64,000 nucleotides of DNA. Origin: Gnetum montanum (taxonomy: Eukaryota; Plantae; Gnetophyta). Under the pieces are notes generated by a model. That model was not told the DNA's origin and searched no databases. It saw only the letters and a list, made by a program, of their open reading frames with translations. Shown piece after piece: positions 63,805 through 64,000 of the stretch. Position 1 is the first letter of the stretch. Every line of letters starts with the position of its first letter. The translations under genes were made by a program, and so were the position numbers. The stretch lies in assembly GCA_015680685.1 (NCBI GenBank), contig MNCI01000141.1, positions 1-64,000 on the forward strand. The letters are read 5' to 3'.

Positions 63805-64000
63805 TATGAAAATAAACAAAAAAGAAAGAAAAGTTAGGGGTGCAAGGATAGATCTTCATCTTGCCCTCCACTATGCCAACCCTAGCATCTCTTGCCAAAT
63901 GTCGATAGTAGCTATGGTCCCTATGGCCATGCCACGAAGTGTGATTTGCCAAGCCCTAGACCCCAAACATAGAAATAAAAGAATAGAGACAAAATAATGC

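Larger units (their letters stand above)
52651..64000 (+). mobile_element. Tat-like Ty3/gypsy element E: 5'LTR 52651-54341, tRNA-Asn PBS 54347-54363, gag-protease, repeat array, antisense gene; runs off the window
   Basis: LTR TGAAACACC...GATCGTTATA then TTGCACTAGAAGGAGGG. The LTR motif AGAGYRTAGTC recurs at 63427-63790, tying the distal part to the same element. 3'LTR and TSD not in the window. Confidence 0.8.

Overview
Eukaryotic (land-plant) nuclear DNA: one intact host gene inside a stack of decayed, nested LTR retrotransposons. The gene is a 4-exon NPF (NRT1/PTR) transporter on the minus strand (46777-50554, 647 aa). Left of it lie: a Ty1/copia interrupted by an Athila-like solo LTR; four Athila-like Ty3/gypsy copies with an Asp-type PBS (A 4450-7690; B 14249-40429; C 17514-24369 and D 30384-40408, both nested in B); a Tat-like element with an Asn PBS (9146-13293, minus); and a chromovirus 3' end (40430-42545). 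Right of it lie a ~545-bp tandem array and a second Tat-like element (52651 to window end) with gag-protease but no visible RT/RNase H/integrase. The most interesting observation is in this last element. It carries an antisense, multi-intron, now decayed gene whose N-terminal part, translated by hand through C->T-type stops, looks like an FCP1/SCP-type (NIF, HAD-family) CTD-phosphatase domain with altered catalytic motifs, followed by a plant-transposon ORF domain and a coiled coil. A GAGCGTAGTY motif is arrayed both in its LTR and in the 5' part of this gene. All family and domain assignments are by-eye motif recognition, not database searches. Coordinates were counted manually and may be off by a few bases.
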